From: Octopus sinensis
Taxonomy: Eukaryota
NCBI RefSeq assembly: GCF_006345805.1
Contig: NC_043014.1
Coordinates: 53,940,001 to 54,004,000, forward strand
DNA length: 64,000 nt
Reading direction: 5' to 3'
In this document: positions 12,530 through 27,066 of the stretch, piece by piece
How the letters are laid out: each line of letters starts with the position of its first letter
Numbering within the stretch: position 1 is the first letter of the stretch
Notes under the pieces: model-generated
Database searches by the model: none
What the model was told of the DNA's origin: nothing
Seen by the model: the letters and a program-made list of their open reading frames with translations, nothing else
Translations under genes and position numbers: made by a program

Positions 12530-14903
12530 ACTCTTTGATGGCCATCACTGAAGAATGTTGTCAATTAAGCAACATAGCTGAGATGGTTCTTGTCGCTGTA
12601 GTCATTGTACTATATTCTTCAACGGATGGATGGATAAAAGTCTGTTAGACAGTCTCCCAGGATTGTCCAGTTCCATTTTCTCATTGACCAACGTCCACCA
12701 TTAACACATTTGTGGTCAGATTTCTGTTAAACTGGTCACCAGTTGCTATTGTAACCTAAACCATCGTAATCAGACTTGTGGTGGACATCATCATATCCAG
12801 ACCACTGTCTTTCTGTGTCCAGTCAAGCCGATGGTTAGTTTTAACCATTGACCACTGTCTCTTAAGTTTTTAAACTCTGACCACTCAGTGTGGATGGCCA
12901 GATATGATTGCTGTCCATTTCTTACATTAACTGAGGTGCTACGGACCATCTAATCTCAATGTAAGTGCCATCCACTAACAGTCACATACGACTGTGTGTA
13001 TGTGTGTGTAAATATTTTTAAGTGTATATAGTAAAATACCAGTATGTATAAATGTGTGTCTGCGTATGTTTGTGTGTATATATATACATATATAAAACTT
13101 CATGTTTAAGCTCTGAAGTTTTAAGGTTTTGCACTGGCACTCAGCTCTGGGGCCACACAGTTCCTTGCAGCCAAAATAACTGTAAGCTAATGGAGATGAT
13201 TACATCAGTCCAGTTCTTTTGTCATTCATTAGTCATTAATGCTCACTCACACACACACATAGATAGATATACATTCCAGATCTGAATGAGATTTTTTTTT
13301 GAGAGATGAATTTATACATGTGTGTATGATGATGATGATGTGTATGTATTCCAGATGTAATAAGGGTATTTTCTCCCTGGATAAATTCCAGACTTGGAAG
13401 GCTGTTTCTTGTAAATAGGAGAATGGTCGAAGCAGAATGTCTGGCAATACCATCATCATCATCATCATCATTATTTAATGTCTCCTCCATTTGTTGTCAC
13501 AGTTGGATGATTTGACGAGATCTAATGAGTTGGGTCGTGTCATGCTCCAATCATCATCATACGTCCGTTTTTCCATGCTGGCATGGGTCGGACAGGTTTG
13601 TTACAATAATCCCTCACCATCTGATACAATGAGTAAAGCATCTAATCTGTTGCTGTGTATGACATGAGTGATTTTTTTTTGGGGGGGGGGGGGAGATAAT
13701 GTTTATGTCCCCCCTTAAGCCCCCTTTATAAGCACCAGAGAGAGGTTTGTTTGCAGCAGGACTCAAAGAGACCTCTCTCTCTCTCCTTACTCTCTCATGC
13801 AGGTTGCTTGCACTGTTGTTTATCAAATCCACATTTAGACACATTTTATTTTCTGAGTTCAAATCCTACTGTGATTGATTCCACTTTTCATCCTTCCTGG
13901 TTCAATGACAGATTTTCTGAACACTCTCCATCTTCTGGTCCCCAGATCTGTTGACTCCACTCTCGACCCTTCTGATAAACTTACCTCTGTTTTCTTTGAG
14001 CTGATTACTTGGTTCATCTCTCGCCACCTTCATCTAAACCATTCACAACTCTCTCGTCTCTGCTCCTCTCCTTCCCTGTATTGCATCCACCTCATCCCTT
14101 GACCCTACTTTCCTACTGGTCAAGGAGGACCAAAAAGTGCCACGACTGCAGTTTCTTCTTGATCAAACCAATCAAAGCTTTTTTTTTTAAGTCCTGGGGT
14201 CAACATAGTTATCAAAATCCTCTCCCTCAATTTGTGGTTTTGCATATGTGTTAACACAATTACTATACTGGTATAGTAGTGCAACTAAATATGGGGTATT
14301 CTTAGCAACGGCCCGTTGTAGGGCTAAGAATTGGTGGAGATAGTAGGGTGCTTGGCTCTACTTGCCTTGCAAATATTTAGTGCAGAGTTCAAATCCCACC
14401 TCATTCAATTATAACTTTCTTCTAGGCTCACTTAAGCAAATACCAGTTATGTACTTGGGGATTTATTCAATCAACTATACCCCATCCCTGGACTTGTGCC
14501 AATATGAGAAATCCTTGTTTTTCAATACAATTGTTGCATGAATGAAAACTGGGTCTTTGGATTCCCGACATTATTCGATTGAATGGCAGAAAATAGAAAA
14601 CAAAAATGGTGTCTGACTGTATGTATTCCAGATGTAAAAAGAAGACATAGAGTTTGTTGGATTCCACTTTTCATCCTTCCTGGCTCAACGACATCTTGTT
14701 TATCATTCAGTTTGTAAACCGCAACAGTGAAAATCATATTTCTCTCCTGCTTCAAAATTGATAAAAAAAACCAAAAAACCATGTAAGATGATGAAGTTTG
14801 GATCGACTGAACCAAGATTCATCTCCCATTTAATTAAAATAAATTGAATTTTAAAATTGTTCTTTTATTGAAATTCACTTTAAGCAATGTTTTATATTTA
14901 TTA

Positions 14904-15172
14904 CGTAAAAAACACCATCCGAGCATGGCCGTTCGCCAGCCTCGTCTGGCACCTGTGTCCGTGGCACATAAAAAAAAACACCATCCGAGCATGGCCGTTC
15001 GCCAGCCTCGTCTGGCACCTGTGTCGGTGGCACGTAAAAAAAAACACCATCCGAGCGTGGCCGTTCGCCAGCCTCGTCTGGCACCTGTGTCGGTGGCACG
15101 TAAAAAAAAACACCATCCGAGCGTGGCCGTTCGCCAGCCTCGTCTGGCACCTGTGTCCGTGGCACATAAAAA
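14904..15172. repeat. Minisatellite, 4 x 66 bp
   Basis: CACCATCCGAGC recurs at 14913, 14979, 15045 and 15111 (period 66); the units differ at three sites. Confidence 0.97.
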
Positions 15173-15340
15173 GCACCCACTACACTCACGGAGTGGTTGG
15201 CGTCAGGAAGGGCATCTAGCTGTAGAAACACTGCCAGATTAGACTGGAGCCTGGTGCAGCCTCCTGGCTTCCCAGATCCCAGTCGAACCATCCAACCCAT
15301 GCCAGCATGGAAAGCGGACGTTAAACGATGATGATGATGA
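14904..15340 (+). mobile_element. RTE-tailed non-autonomous retroelement containing a 4 x 66-bp internal tandem array
   Basis: 3' part ...GTGGTTGGCGTCAGGAAGGGCATCTAGCTGTAGAAAC...CCATGCCAGCATGGAAAGCGGACGTTAAACGATGATGATG shares the RTE tail seen at 6075. Other copies or fragments lie near 2470-2700, 7950-8080, 47970-48230, 51340-51510, 54990-55110 and 63890-64000. Confidence 0.75.
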
Positions 15341-15439
15341 TTCTTTTAAGGGTTTTTTTGTCAGTTGTGTCAACCTCAGAATTTATTGTAGCCTGGTATT
15401 TATTTTATTAAGCACCATTTGCTCAACTACTAGGTTACA

Positions 15440-15833
15440 AATACTGGATTTGCTGGTGTGAACAAACAAGGACAGACAAAGAGATTAAGTCGATTACATC
15501 GATCCCAGTGCATAACTGGTACTTATTTAATCAACCTGAAAAGACGAAAGGCAAAGTTGACCTTGGCGGAATTTGAACTCAGAACCTAACGGCAGATGAA
15601 ATACCTATTTCTTTACTACCCACAAGGGGCTACACACAGAGGGGACAAACAAGGACAGACAAACGGATTAAGTCGACTATATCGACCCCAGTGCGTAACT
15701 GGTACTTAATTTATCGACCCCAAAAGGCTGAAAGGCAAAGTCGACCTCGGCAGAATTTGAACTCAGAACGTAAAGACAGACAAAATACCGTTAAGCATTT
15801 CACCTGGTGTGCTAAGGTTTCTGCCAGCTCACC
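15440..15833 (-). mobile_element. tRNA-derived SINE family B, head-to-tail dimer (full copy 15601-15833 plus 5'-truncated copy 15440-15600)
   Basis: tRNA-like head with B-box-like GAGTTCAAAT; central block GAGGTCGACTTTGCCTTTCA..GGGGTCGATAAATTAAGTACCAG resembles Meta/Nin-type SINE domains from memory (needs a Dfam check). Degenerate copies lie near 5530, 8300, 8460, 14400, 17440, 17700, 20520, 22200, 33280, 33510, 35440, 36360, 38080 and 40985. Confidence 0.8.
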
Positions 15834-17059
15834 TGACAGGTTCTAATTTGTTGCTGCTCAAACTATTGGAAGTCACAGTTTGTGTTCTAAGGAATCCTCT
15901 GACCTGACAGACCCTCCCCCCCACTCCCAATTTCCTAAAAGATAGGACTGTCATGTATTTCATCTCCCTTCTACACCATCAAGATCATTGAAGCTCCCCC
16001 CAATAAAGTTAACCTTTGTATTATAGAGATTGGTGTCAGGCCATGCAAATACACAGCAATCGAGTCAGCCCAAGACTGAATTCTAAGGGCAAAAGAATTT
16101 GAGGAGTTGTGACATTCAAATTTTGTTTTGGGAGTTTTTGGTGAAGTGAAAAAATAGTTTCAAGTTGAAACTGAAGCAGCTTTCAAATCAACTGGATTTG
16201 AAAAGCTCATGGTTGATATATCAAAAGCAAACCCTCCTCACAAGCTGCAAATATACTTTAGCGAGAGCAATTTTGTTTGATTGAACCCCTGGAAGATGCA
16301 AACAGCCACATGGCTTTGCAGTTACAACAGAAAATAATGTTTCTGCTAATTAGCAAACCATAGACGCAAACCCAAATGTAGCCACCTGCTTTTGGGTCTT
16401 CCTAGGGTTCAGTCAACATCTGCCCCCTTACAACTAAAGCATACTCACAGGTGTTAATTTAAAAAACAGGACATCAGAATCTCTTATTGATGTCTTATCT
16501 CTTGGGATAAATTTCTTAACGACTCCTGTAACGAATTAAAGAAAATTGCATAAAAACTCTTTTAGATGAAATGTCCACAGCAGTTTATTTTGAAAAGCTA
16601 TTTGAATTTTATAATTTTTATAAACAGAAAATAACATTAAATTGTACAAATGGATTCACATTAAAAAGTAAAAAGAAAATGAAAAAAAAAAATTATATTT
16701 GGAATGTTTGCTTTGTAATTAGTTTATTAATCATTATTTTGTTTCATTATATTTTTGTAATGAGATGACTAACTATGACAAACACAAAGCCGTGGACTAT
16801 GATGAGGGTGACGATGATGATGATGAGGAAGAGGAGGAGGATGGCGGTGGTGGAATTGAAACAAACTGTCATGAGAGGTGAAGTTAAAAAAAAATTTTTT
16901 TAAATCAGTGAACCAGAAACAATTCACTGGAGGAGAAAGAAAGAAAAATAAAACAAATCTGGAAGCTTAATGGGATTCAAATGAAAGAAAAGATGGAAGA
17001 ATTGAGGTTTCCAGAGGCACTAAGTCACTATTGAAGTTAAAAGGGCTGGTAGCATTAAA

Positions 17060-17100
<41 letters not shown>

Positions 17101-20100
17101 GAGGGGGGAGGCTCTTCAAAAGACCTTATTTTAAACCAAATTCATTCTCTGACAAAAGAGAAAGAGAAGCCTGGAATCAGCAATGATGCCTATGGGCAGT
17201 CACTCAAAATGCTAGAAATAGTAGCCAAATTATATCCTGGCATCATTAAAAAAAAGACAAATGAATTCAGATAATGTGAAACCTAGGATACTGCTAAAAA
17301 GACTGGTTACAGCTGAAATGACTTCAGTCATAAATCTGCTTGATCAGGATTGACTAAAGACTAAGCAAAAATAGATTTTGTCAGTTTTGGTTCCTTAGAA
17401 ATCAGAAATGTAATTTTGAAGAATTATGTTGTAACAAATAAATATGGGTTTCTAATTTAGGGACGAGACCAGCAGTTTTGAGAGGAGGGGTTAGGGTTGA
17501 TATCATTCACCCCAGCACTTGACTGATACCTGACCCTCAAAAGGACGAAAGGCAAAGTTAACCTTGGTGGGATTTGAACTCAGAATGTAAAGAGAGGGAA
17601 CTAATGCTGCAGCATGGCCGTTTTTCCCAAGCTCTTAATGATTCCGCTAGCTTTGCTGCCTTTCATGAAATCAATTCTCTTTCCAATTTTAGCACAAAGC
17701 CAGCAATCCTTGACTGATATTTTATTGACTCTGGAGGGAGGAAAGGTAAAGTTAACCTCTGCAGGGTTTGAACTCAGAATGTGAAGAGCCAAAAGAAATA
17801 CCACTAGGCATTTTGTCTGATGCTCTACCGATTCTGCCAGCTCAGCAATTATTAATTATTTCCTACAAAAGTGGGACTGGTGTATAAAATCCAGCTTTTG
17901 TATTTGGATATAAACACAGCTACAGGTAAAAACGATTTGAAACCGAGGGAAGAACACATCAACGAGAAATTTAAGTTCTTTTTTTTTTGTGTGTGTTTAA
18001 TATATTTGTCTAAAGTATTTTACTGAAGACAGACATTTTAGGCAAGATTTGACCTTATTGAATGAACAAACAAACAAACAAAAACTGTTTGTATAGAGGG
18101 GCTACTTAAAACTGTCCTTTTGTAAGGAGTGAAGAGAGAGAAAAAAATTCTGCCTGAAGGAATCAATAATTGATCAATTATTGATCTGGCAGTGAAACTT
18201 GAGGTAGCAGAAGCAGGATGGATGAAACCAGGGACCAAAGGTCAGTTGCGATATTACAAGCGGCCTCACTAAGAGTTTACAACCATTCTACAATGCTTGC
18301 ACAGTCTTGGAAATATTGGATGAAAATAAACTAATTTTACATCACAAGACAGCTTTTAAGGAGAGAAAATGTTTGCTTGGAAACAAAATATTTTATAATA
18401 AACTGCGAACAAATGTTACACAAGTGAAAATCTTGTTGGATTTGATCTTGGAATTGGACAATATTTTGATTGGAGTTCCTTCACTTAGCATAAAGTCTAC
18501 TAATGATTGAGAATGGAATTTAAAAGAAGTTCTTTGTCTTTAGAATTATGCATAAATACATTAGTTTATCCAAAGAAAACCAACTGACTTTTCTGAAAAT
18601 CTGCTACTGGCAATACAGAAATACATAATTCTTAGAAAGTTAATCCAAGAGATTTGGAGTGAGGAATAGCAAAGCAGCATCTCCTTCACTTTGCAAGACA
18701 AACTAAGCCATAGATTTAGTTCAAAAGCAAACTCTATTTACAACAGTGAATGGCATGAGTAAATGAGGGACAGCAGAAGAAATGTCCAAAGAGGAGCAGC
18801 AACAGTAAGAAATTGTGAGAAGCTCTCGATTTGGGGTGAAAAATGAGCTTTCTCCAAACAATATCTTTAAATTTAGTCTTCTATCAACATTGGTTATAAA
18901 ACCTTGACACATTTTTCCAGTTTGCAGAACCAACAAAGATTTATATGATTAAAGCTTAAACTTCAGATTCACTCATTAAAAACCTCTCTAAAGCAACATG
19001 AACCATTAGTAACTTTAATTAGTAACTAATTAAGCATTCAAAGTTAAATTGAAGACTGGTGTTTACTTGGATAGCAATCTTGTTATATCATCACACAACA
19101 TGGCAGACTGGTAGAATTTTCAATTAAAGTTGGAATTATTGAACAGAATTTAGATCTGTATCCTATCTGGTAATCACTAAAGACTCGTTTGGTGTCTGTG
19201 CTGAGAGTAACCTACATCGAATTCTCGATTCATTAAGGAATTACTTTCTCTGAATGGTTTTGTGGCACCTCAAACATGTCAAATGCCCCAAAAGCTTAAA
19301 TTAGAAGTAAAAAGAATCTTCTGAAATATACAATGACGATTGTTATAAATATCTGCTCATCCCACCTGGCCAGTAAATTAGTAAAACCTTCAATTACAAG
19401 TCCTAGACTATCACAACAATACCAAATTTTTACCATCATTCTATTGGTTAATTGCTACTTTGTGGTGGTTTTTAGGCCTCTTATCAAGTTTCTAACTGTC
19501 CAACCACAGGTTCTTGGAATTTCTAATAACAACAACAGAGTACCTATAGCTTGGTTTGGTATACATTGGTAAAGCAGATAAAACACAAATCCACAAGGCT
19601 TCTGCACAATCTCCACCAACAAATACCAGTCACACGGTAATAGTCAACCTCGGGCTATGGTAGATGACTTTTGCCAGAGGATCAAACAGTGAACTCTTTG
19701 GCTGTGAAGCAAAATTCTTAGTCCCCCATCCACACCCAAAACAACTGGAATTTTGAAGAGATCATCCACCACAGCATCACAAATAAGAAATTTCAGACTG
19801 AGGGTCTATATTTTCTTCTCTCCCATGCATGGACCAACTGCCGATGGTTAGCTTTATGTTGCTCACCCCTGGGTATAGGGGCCGAGAGAAAGCTACCCCA
19901 TCAAACATTGAAATCAATAATTTCCTTTTGTTACTCAAATGGAAGAATTTGCTTTTGTATACAAGGAACTGACAAGAAAGAAAATTCTTCACGTATCACC
20001 AAATAGCCCAATATGGAAACAATGATAACCAATGCCAAGCAAAAACATAGAATTAAAAAGAAATTCCAATAGTTAAAGCAATTAATGAAACTAATCAATA

Positions 20101-23100
20101 ATGATAAGAAAAATGTTTAACATAGAATTCGTTAAAATGGCAGATAAAAAAAAATTTGATTGCAAGACTTTAAATTTTCAAATTCATTAACAGGCAGTAG
20201 AGAGGAAGATTCAAATCCTTAGTGGGATACCTTTTAAGGGATACCTTCTAATGACTAGTCAGATTTTCAGTCAAGATAACATAAAATTCAGCAACAAATT
20301 CTCTTTTATCAAAGGGGTTAACTTCATCTGCATTTCCCAACAGCAGCATTTGGTTCTTGACTGGTTCCAGCAGGGTTTACTCTTCTGCAGACCTTCACCC
20401 CAGGTTTTGGACTGTGAAAATAACTTTCCAGTGTCAGAAGTTCTGAAAAGGACTCCAACAATTAAGATTTTATCTTGTAGAATTTGTTTCACAAAATAAT
20501 ATCAATAATTGTCATTTCTAACCGAGGCACAAGGCCAAGCACTTTTAAGGAAAAAAAGACAATTATAATCAACCCCAATATTTGACTGGTACTAACCCAG
20601 GAGGGATGAAAGACAAAGTTGATCCCAACAGGATTTGAACTCAGAACAGAGTCATAACATTGCAAAGTATTTTGCCTGACATTAACAATTCTATTTGTAG
20701 AATGAAATCTAAAAGATGGCCTCATCTTTGGCTGATGAAGAACACAAATGAAGAGACAGGTTTCAAGTTTTTTAAACTATTTTCTTGCATGGTTTTTTTT
20801 TAATCTATAAATTTTACTCTCCCATTAAAATACTTCAACAGAAAATTAAATTGTAAACAAGTCATTTCAGTTTTCTTATCTTAAGAGAAAGAACAGCCTT
20901 GGCCCTTTTGATCCAAGTCCAACCTTGAATGCTTGGAGTAGAGGGGACTCAATTCGGGGCATTCAAGGACCCAAATGCAGACTTTAATTGGACAGATTAG
21001 ACCTCAAAAAGAAACTGACTTTTATCTTAATTGCATTTACAATTAAAATCCTGTAACATTAAATAAAAACAATTTAGTTGACCAATAAATCTAATTCAAG
21101 TTATGGACACCAATTCAACACATCATGGAAAGCAGAAAAAAATCTCAACCCAAAATAGGGAACTACTGACACATTTGAAGAATCTCACTTTTTTCTTTGA
21201 AGATTATATAAAATCTGAGAAATAAAGTTTTTCCCTTTTCATATATATATGCGCAGCGCTATGCATGTAGCAAGTTTTCTACGGCTGGATGCCCTTCCTG
21301 ACGCCAACCTCCACTTGTTGCCAAGCGAAGTAGATATATATATATATATTTCACATAAACTTTCAATGATGGAACTCCACATGGTCACTCAATATGCTTA
21401 AAACAGCAGCCAAAACTCCTTTAAATCCCATCCTACTATCTTAAATGAAAGGACATATTAGATAATGTAGTCTACTGTCTGCAAGAAAAAAAAAAAGGGG
21501 TTGTTTATAGCAATAAATGCTTTTGAAGGAAAGGTTCCTTAATCAAAGAAAGCCTGAGATTTGACAATGGCAAAAAGGAAAATCTTTGAAGAATTGGTTG
21601 AAATGAAAATAAATATTCTCAAACAACTTCAAAATGGATTTTTAAAAAAATCAAACTTCAGGAAAATAGCAGCAGCAGCAGACTGACCAAACTTTCTCTT
21701 CTAATTTCTAATTCAAATATTCCTCCAATGACCAACCTGCAATAGTTCCAACTTAAAACACTGCCTTAAATTCTTCTAGGAATTCCAACATGGAACCCTC
21801 CTTCCACAGAATAATTAGAAAGACTGTTTCTACTTGCCAACAGAAATACCAGAAACACAAATGGTAAAACACAGATGCAGGCATCACAATTTCAAAATTG
21901 TCTCCCGAATAATTAATATAAATCAGAAACCACTTGATGCAACAACCGAGGTGAATGGAAAAAAAAAAATCAAAAGTTATATTTTAATTAAAAATCAAAA
22001 GTTATATATTAATTAAAAATAATTTTTAAAGAGCCCAACCACCATCACAAATAATGAAAAAAGAAAGTTTACTCACTTAATAAACCCCGGAGAAAAAAAT
22101 AAAATCAAATTTCTGTTCTTAAGATTTTTTCTTTTTTTCAGTGGTTTTGAAACTTTGATTTCAATAATTTTAATAATTATTGTCTTAGATTTTGCTACCA
22201 GGACAGTAATTTTAAAGAGAGTTAGTCAAGTACATTGACTCTAGTACTTTATTTTATCGACCCTGAAAGAATGAAAGGCAAAGTTGACCTCACCAGGATT
22301 TGAACTCAGAACGTTAAGAATCAGAACAAATACTGCAACCCTTTCCAGACATTAAACAATTTGGACAGCCACCATCTTAGGAAATAAGTCAGGGAAACAA
22401 ATTTTTATTGTTCCTACTTTTTGTCTTTCTGATTATTTCAATTGTGTAAAATATGGGAAGAAAGCTGAAATAATCTGGGAAATTGTAAGGAGAGAGCGAG
22501 ACCAGGCGAGCAAAACTGGCTGGAATGGGGAACTTGGTTGTGTCTAATTGCTAAAGCATAAAGTAACGAGAGGCCAACAGGTTGATTCCTCTTGATGCCT
22601 AGTTTTAAGAGAAATAAGATGAAGATGATCTTAGCAATGTAACGAGTCTGCTAAAACGGATTATCTTGAGTATAGAACCACATAGTTTGGCAGAAGAAGG
22701 CTGTCAATGCTAATAGAATCAGCTTCTACAAAATGATGGTAGCTTATCTCATCAATACTGGAACGAAGAACGGTAAAGATTGTTGTTGACTGGATTTGAA
22801 CTCAGAACAAAAAGGACCCGGCTAAATGCTGCCGCTGCTGCTCTACGCATTCTGTCAAGCCAGGGCCAGTGCTGCAATTGGGTGCAACGGGGGAGTTTAA
22901 AAAGGATAAGAGATTAAATCAAAACAGCACTGACAAGAGAAAAACATTTATGGCAGCAAAAGTCTGGCATTTGACAAGAATATCTTATTCCAGCATTTAT
23001 TGGAAAGATGGTAAATTATCTGAAAAGTAATTAAAACAAACAGAATATTCCTTCTTTGCACTGAAAGCAGCAAAGAGTTGGTGTTGGTTGGTTCTAATTG

Positions 23101-26100
23101 GGGAAATGACAAAAGGGTCACGACTCCCTCCTCACCACACAACAGATTCTGTTGGATCCACTCGTCACACTAAAGTCACTCAGTGAAGATGGCCAGAGAC
23201 ATGAAGACAGGAGGAGGAGTCTGCTCCATTACAGAATGAAGACACCAAGGAGACAGACTGCCGATTAGAAATGCTAACAGAAAGAAGATGAATAAGAGGC
23301 AGGTTCTATCGATTATGCAGAAAACGCATCAGATGCAGTGAAAGAAAAATGAAACAGAGTTCCAAGACTGGGTTCTGTAGCAACCATTTAGTTCTAAAAT
23401 GTTAGAATTGATTTTACAGTAGCAGAAGGTCACACGTTTATAGAGGAAAGACATCTACTCAATTGAATCAATGCAGTATATTACTGGTATTATTTTACAG
23501 AATCAAGAAAGAGGGGGAGGAAACAACCCAGTTGGATTCGAACTCAGAAGATTAAATTAATGCAACTAAAAGTTCTACGCAAACTGCAAAAACCAAAATG
23601 TTCCATTGATAAATTTAGAAAGTTGGATGACAATGAAGCCAAACACTTTTTGTTTTTTAATTTCTCTTTCAACAATTTTAGCCACCCTCAGAGTTTAATG
23701 ACTTGTAAGGGTGATGATGGCACCCATGACTCTTGAGGATCTCCAAAGACTGGTAAGAAAGGAAGAGATAGTCCTTAGACCAGAATTCTTATAGAGTTGA
23801 TTCCATCAAAGGCAGCCACTGACCAAGTGGTGGTCTTGTTAAGTGATGGCTTAAGTTTACCAAAGAATGGTCCTTCCAATGAGTTTCAACACAGTTTCTC
23901 CTTTGCCAAATTTCATTTTGACTAAAGCAATGATAGAAGACATCAACCAAAGAGCCACACTATGGAACGGCACCTGGAACTATGAAGCAGGAGTATTAAT
24001 CATGCAGTCATACCTATGAACATAGCAAAACCAAATATTTGAAAGAAGAATATAACTTGTTGAATTTCAACAACAAAGCTAAAAACATTCGCAGATCTTT
24101 CAACTGAATTTGCCACATTCAGCAGAACTGAATTCTTATCCAATTCCCTTTTGTGTGATGGAGACAGAATTGGTTAAAGAGGGCCTTAGCTCAAGTGATT
24201 CTGTGACAGACTTGCTATCAGTCCCAAAAGCTTTCAGGAGTCTCTTATCAATGATACTCAGTGTTCTGTTTACTTACAGCAAGGAGCTGAAGGGATCCTT
24301 GGGTGTTGGTAAGACAAACTGAACAAAGAAAGAGTGAAGTGCCTTGACTAAGGCAGACATTGGCAAGTGGCAGCTCTGGTGGCAGACTCTTCAGACACAC
24401 CATCTTGATACACATGCTGAGGACATAAAAAAACAAAACAAAACAAGATATCTAAATCATTCTAATTAGCAGGCTGGTAACGAAGTATTGCAAATGACAA
24501 AACATTATGAATACCTATAATAATTGATTGGTTTAGATGTAAAGATTGGATTCCTCCCATGCCAGCATGGAAGAAAGGAACTGAAGAATTAATGACAATC
24601 ATGGCTTTGGTTCTCTTTTTTTTTTTTTTTTTCTGGGCTTTGGTTTTTTAGAATTTAATCTACAATTTATTAATTAATGTTTTGTAGAAAGGGCAACAAC
24701 TTAATGAGGTTTAATATCGATTCCTAACAAGCTCTTAATATTAACGATAATAATAATGACGATGATGACGACAGTGAATTCGGCAATTTTAATGAAGTGT
24801 TTTGCTCATGGACTTAATTGTTGTAGATGAAAAAGAATTTGCAGCCCAATAACAGAATCTATTTGGTCATTGCACCAGAACTTTAGAGAAAAAAAAGGGA
24901 AAAAAATGACAATGATTTCATAAATAATTTAAGTTCAGATGACGTCGGAACTGAATAATTTGTCACAAATATGAAGAAAAATAAATTAATAAAAAATAAA
25001 ATATTTTGAAGGAGAATTTTGTTTTGCTTTGAAGGCAACATTTAAATATTGGAGGGTAAAACATTTGCCAAATTAAAATGCCCAGGTGTGACATCTTAAC
25101 ACACCTGAAAAATAAGAGATTTACAACTGAATTCTTATATAAAAGTAGAAATTTTAAATGGAACAGTATTTAATTAATCATTCTAAAACTTTGTAATAAC
25201 TACACATCTATTGGTGGTGGTCATGGTGGGAGGGAGGTTATTGCTAAAGTAATGTTTTTTTTTTTTTTCCATCAGATTTTCTAACCTCATTTTTGTGCTT
25301 TCTACACTACAACAAGTCTGTTTAGTCTTCAGTTTGGGGGGTGCAACACAGGGGGGTGGGGTGGGGTATTGAGATTCTGCATTGGAAATAAGAAGGAAAT
25401 TTTGAGTTTGAACAGAAAAAGATAATGTATGCAGAAAAGTGCACATGTAAGACAAAAAAAAAAGGGGTTAGGTTAGTATTGAAAGAATTGTGTGAATAAA
25501 TAGTCCAAAATATCTGATTATAGTTTGGAAGGAAAAAATAAGAATGTTACCGCAGGAAAGATTAGGGAAGCGACAACATTCGTGAAGTGGAAAGATCACA
25601 CAAAAGGTAACTCTACATTGATTGTCAACATGGAAACCACACAACATTCTTGCAGACTTAGAAAAGGTAGAATTCATTCTGGTTACTAAGAGAAAAAGAA
25701 AAATATATTTAAGCTGGAGAAAGATGCATGGAAGACAAACAAAAAAGAAAAAAAACCTATTTCTTGATAATTTTCTTCAAATATTGACAATCAGGTTTCC
25801 ATAATTATTTCTAATTGAAACTAGGGCCAGATTAAGTATAAATATATGAAGCCTTAAAGGCAAGAATTTTGTGTATTGCTCCAAATCTTTCAAAGAAGAC
25901 CCTTTAATACGAGTTTATAAAAGAATCCTTAAACAGTTGCCTTGTTTGGTCTACAGCCCTTTAAATTTAACTCTGGTTGAAACCAGTTACAGTTATGACC
26001 AGGGACAGGTATCAGGACCTTTAAAAAGAAAAATTCCAGCAGCAGAACACTGGTTCCAAGCCTGGGTTTGATTGGAGAAACCCCAGAATTTGTTGAATTT

Positions 26101-26934
26101 CTATCTTTCTCTAAAATCTTGTAAAGAGTAAATTGTTAATGCTGATATGTTTTACATGATGGAAACAAACAAACATGGAAAAAATTAGGAAATTCAAGAA
26201 AACTGATGTAAAAAGTAAAAAAAAAAAAAAAAAAAAATTAAAATAATTTTTTTAAAACATTAAATTAGAAAAATATTAAATCCCAACATGGTACAAATTT
26301 GGCAAACTTTTTTTTTGTTTAAAAGATATGAAAAAAATGTTTATCACTTAATATTGAAATCCTTTTTTTTTCTTTTTACATATATATATAATTATGAAGT
26401 AGATTTGTTAGAATGAAACAGCAGCTTAAAACTCTACGTACACCTTACAAGATATGAAGATGCAAGCATTGGCAACTGAAAACTTTCTGCAATTTTCCAG
26501 GGAAACGGGGCAGGATTTCCTTGAGGTTAAAAAAATAAAATTTCTTCTCAAAATATAAAAAGAGAAAAAAAAAAAAAAGACTGCTCTGGGTTGAAAAAAA
26601 TAATACAAACTGAATGAAAATAAGGGGAAAAACCAACGGCAGGGAAATATGTTTGTTAGGATGTTAAAGTCAATAAGGATTGTAAACAATTTGTCAGAAA
26701 TCGTACACACTTTTCATATCTTTTGTAAATGTAGTTTGTCTCTAAGTAAAATTTGTTCAAAGGAATTTAAAAAGAAAAGCCATTATTTTAATGACTTTAT
26801 TTAAGATTCCTTTCGTTTTTCTATAAACAGAAATTCTTGTTTTTGTTTTTCAATATCTAAACAACAAAATTTTTGTACAACAGAAAAAGATTATTCATTA
26901 TATCTATACATATACATACACATATATACACTTA

Positions 26935-26937
26935 TTG

Positions 26938-26986
<49 letters not shown>

Positions 26987-27031
26987 TCACACAAATATAT
27001 ATTCAGTCTGGAAAGTAGAGAGAGAGAGCGA

Positions 27032-27066
<35 letters not shown>

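Noticed and set aside
14844-15300. ORFs with 22-aa repeats on both strands, and a superficial CRISPR-like array
   Set aside because: They are translations of a 66-bp minisatellite inside a retroelement; there are no unique spacers, no cas genes and the context is eukaryotic.
18300-19300. Possible ancient LINE RT trace (TDFS..RKL) on +
   Set aside because: Too degraded to support by eye; would need tBLASTx or an HMM search.
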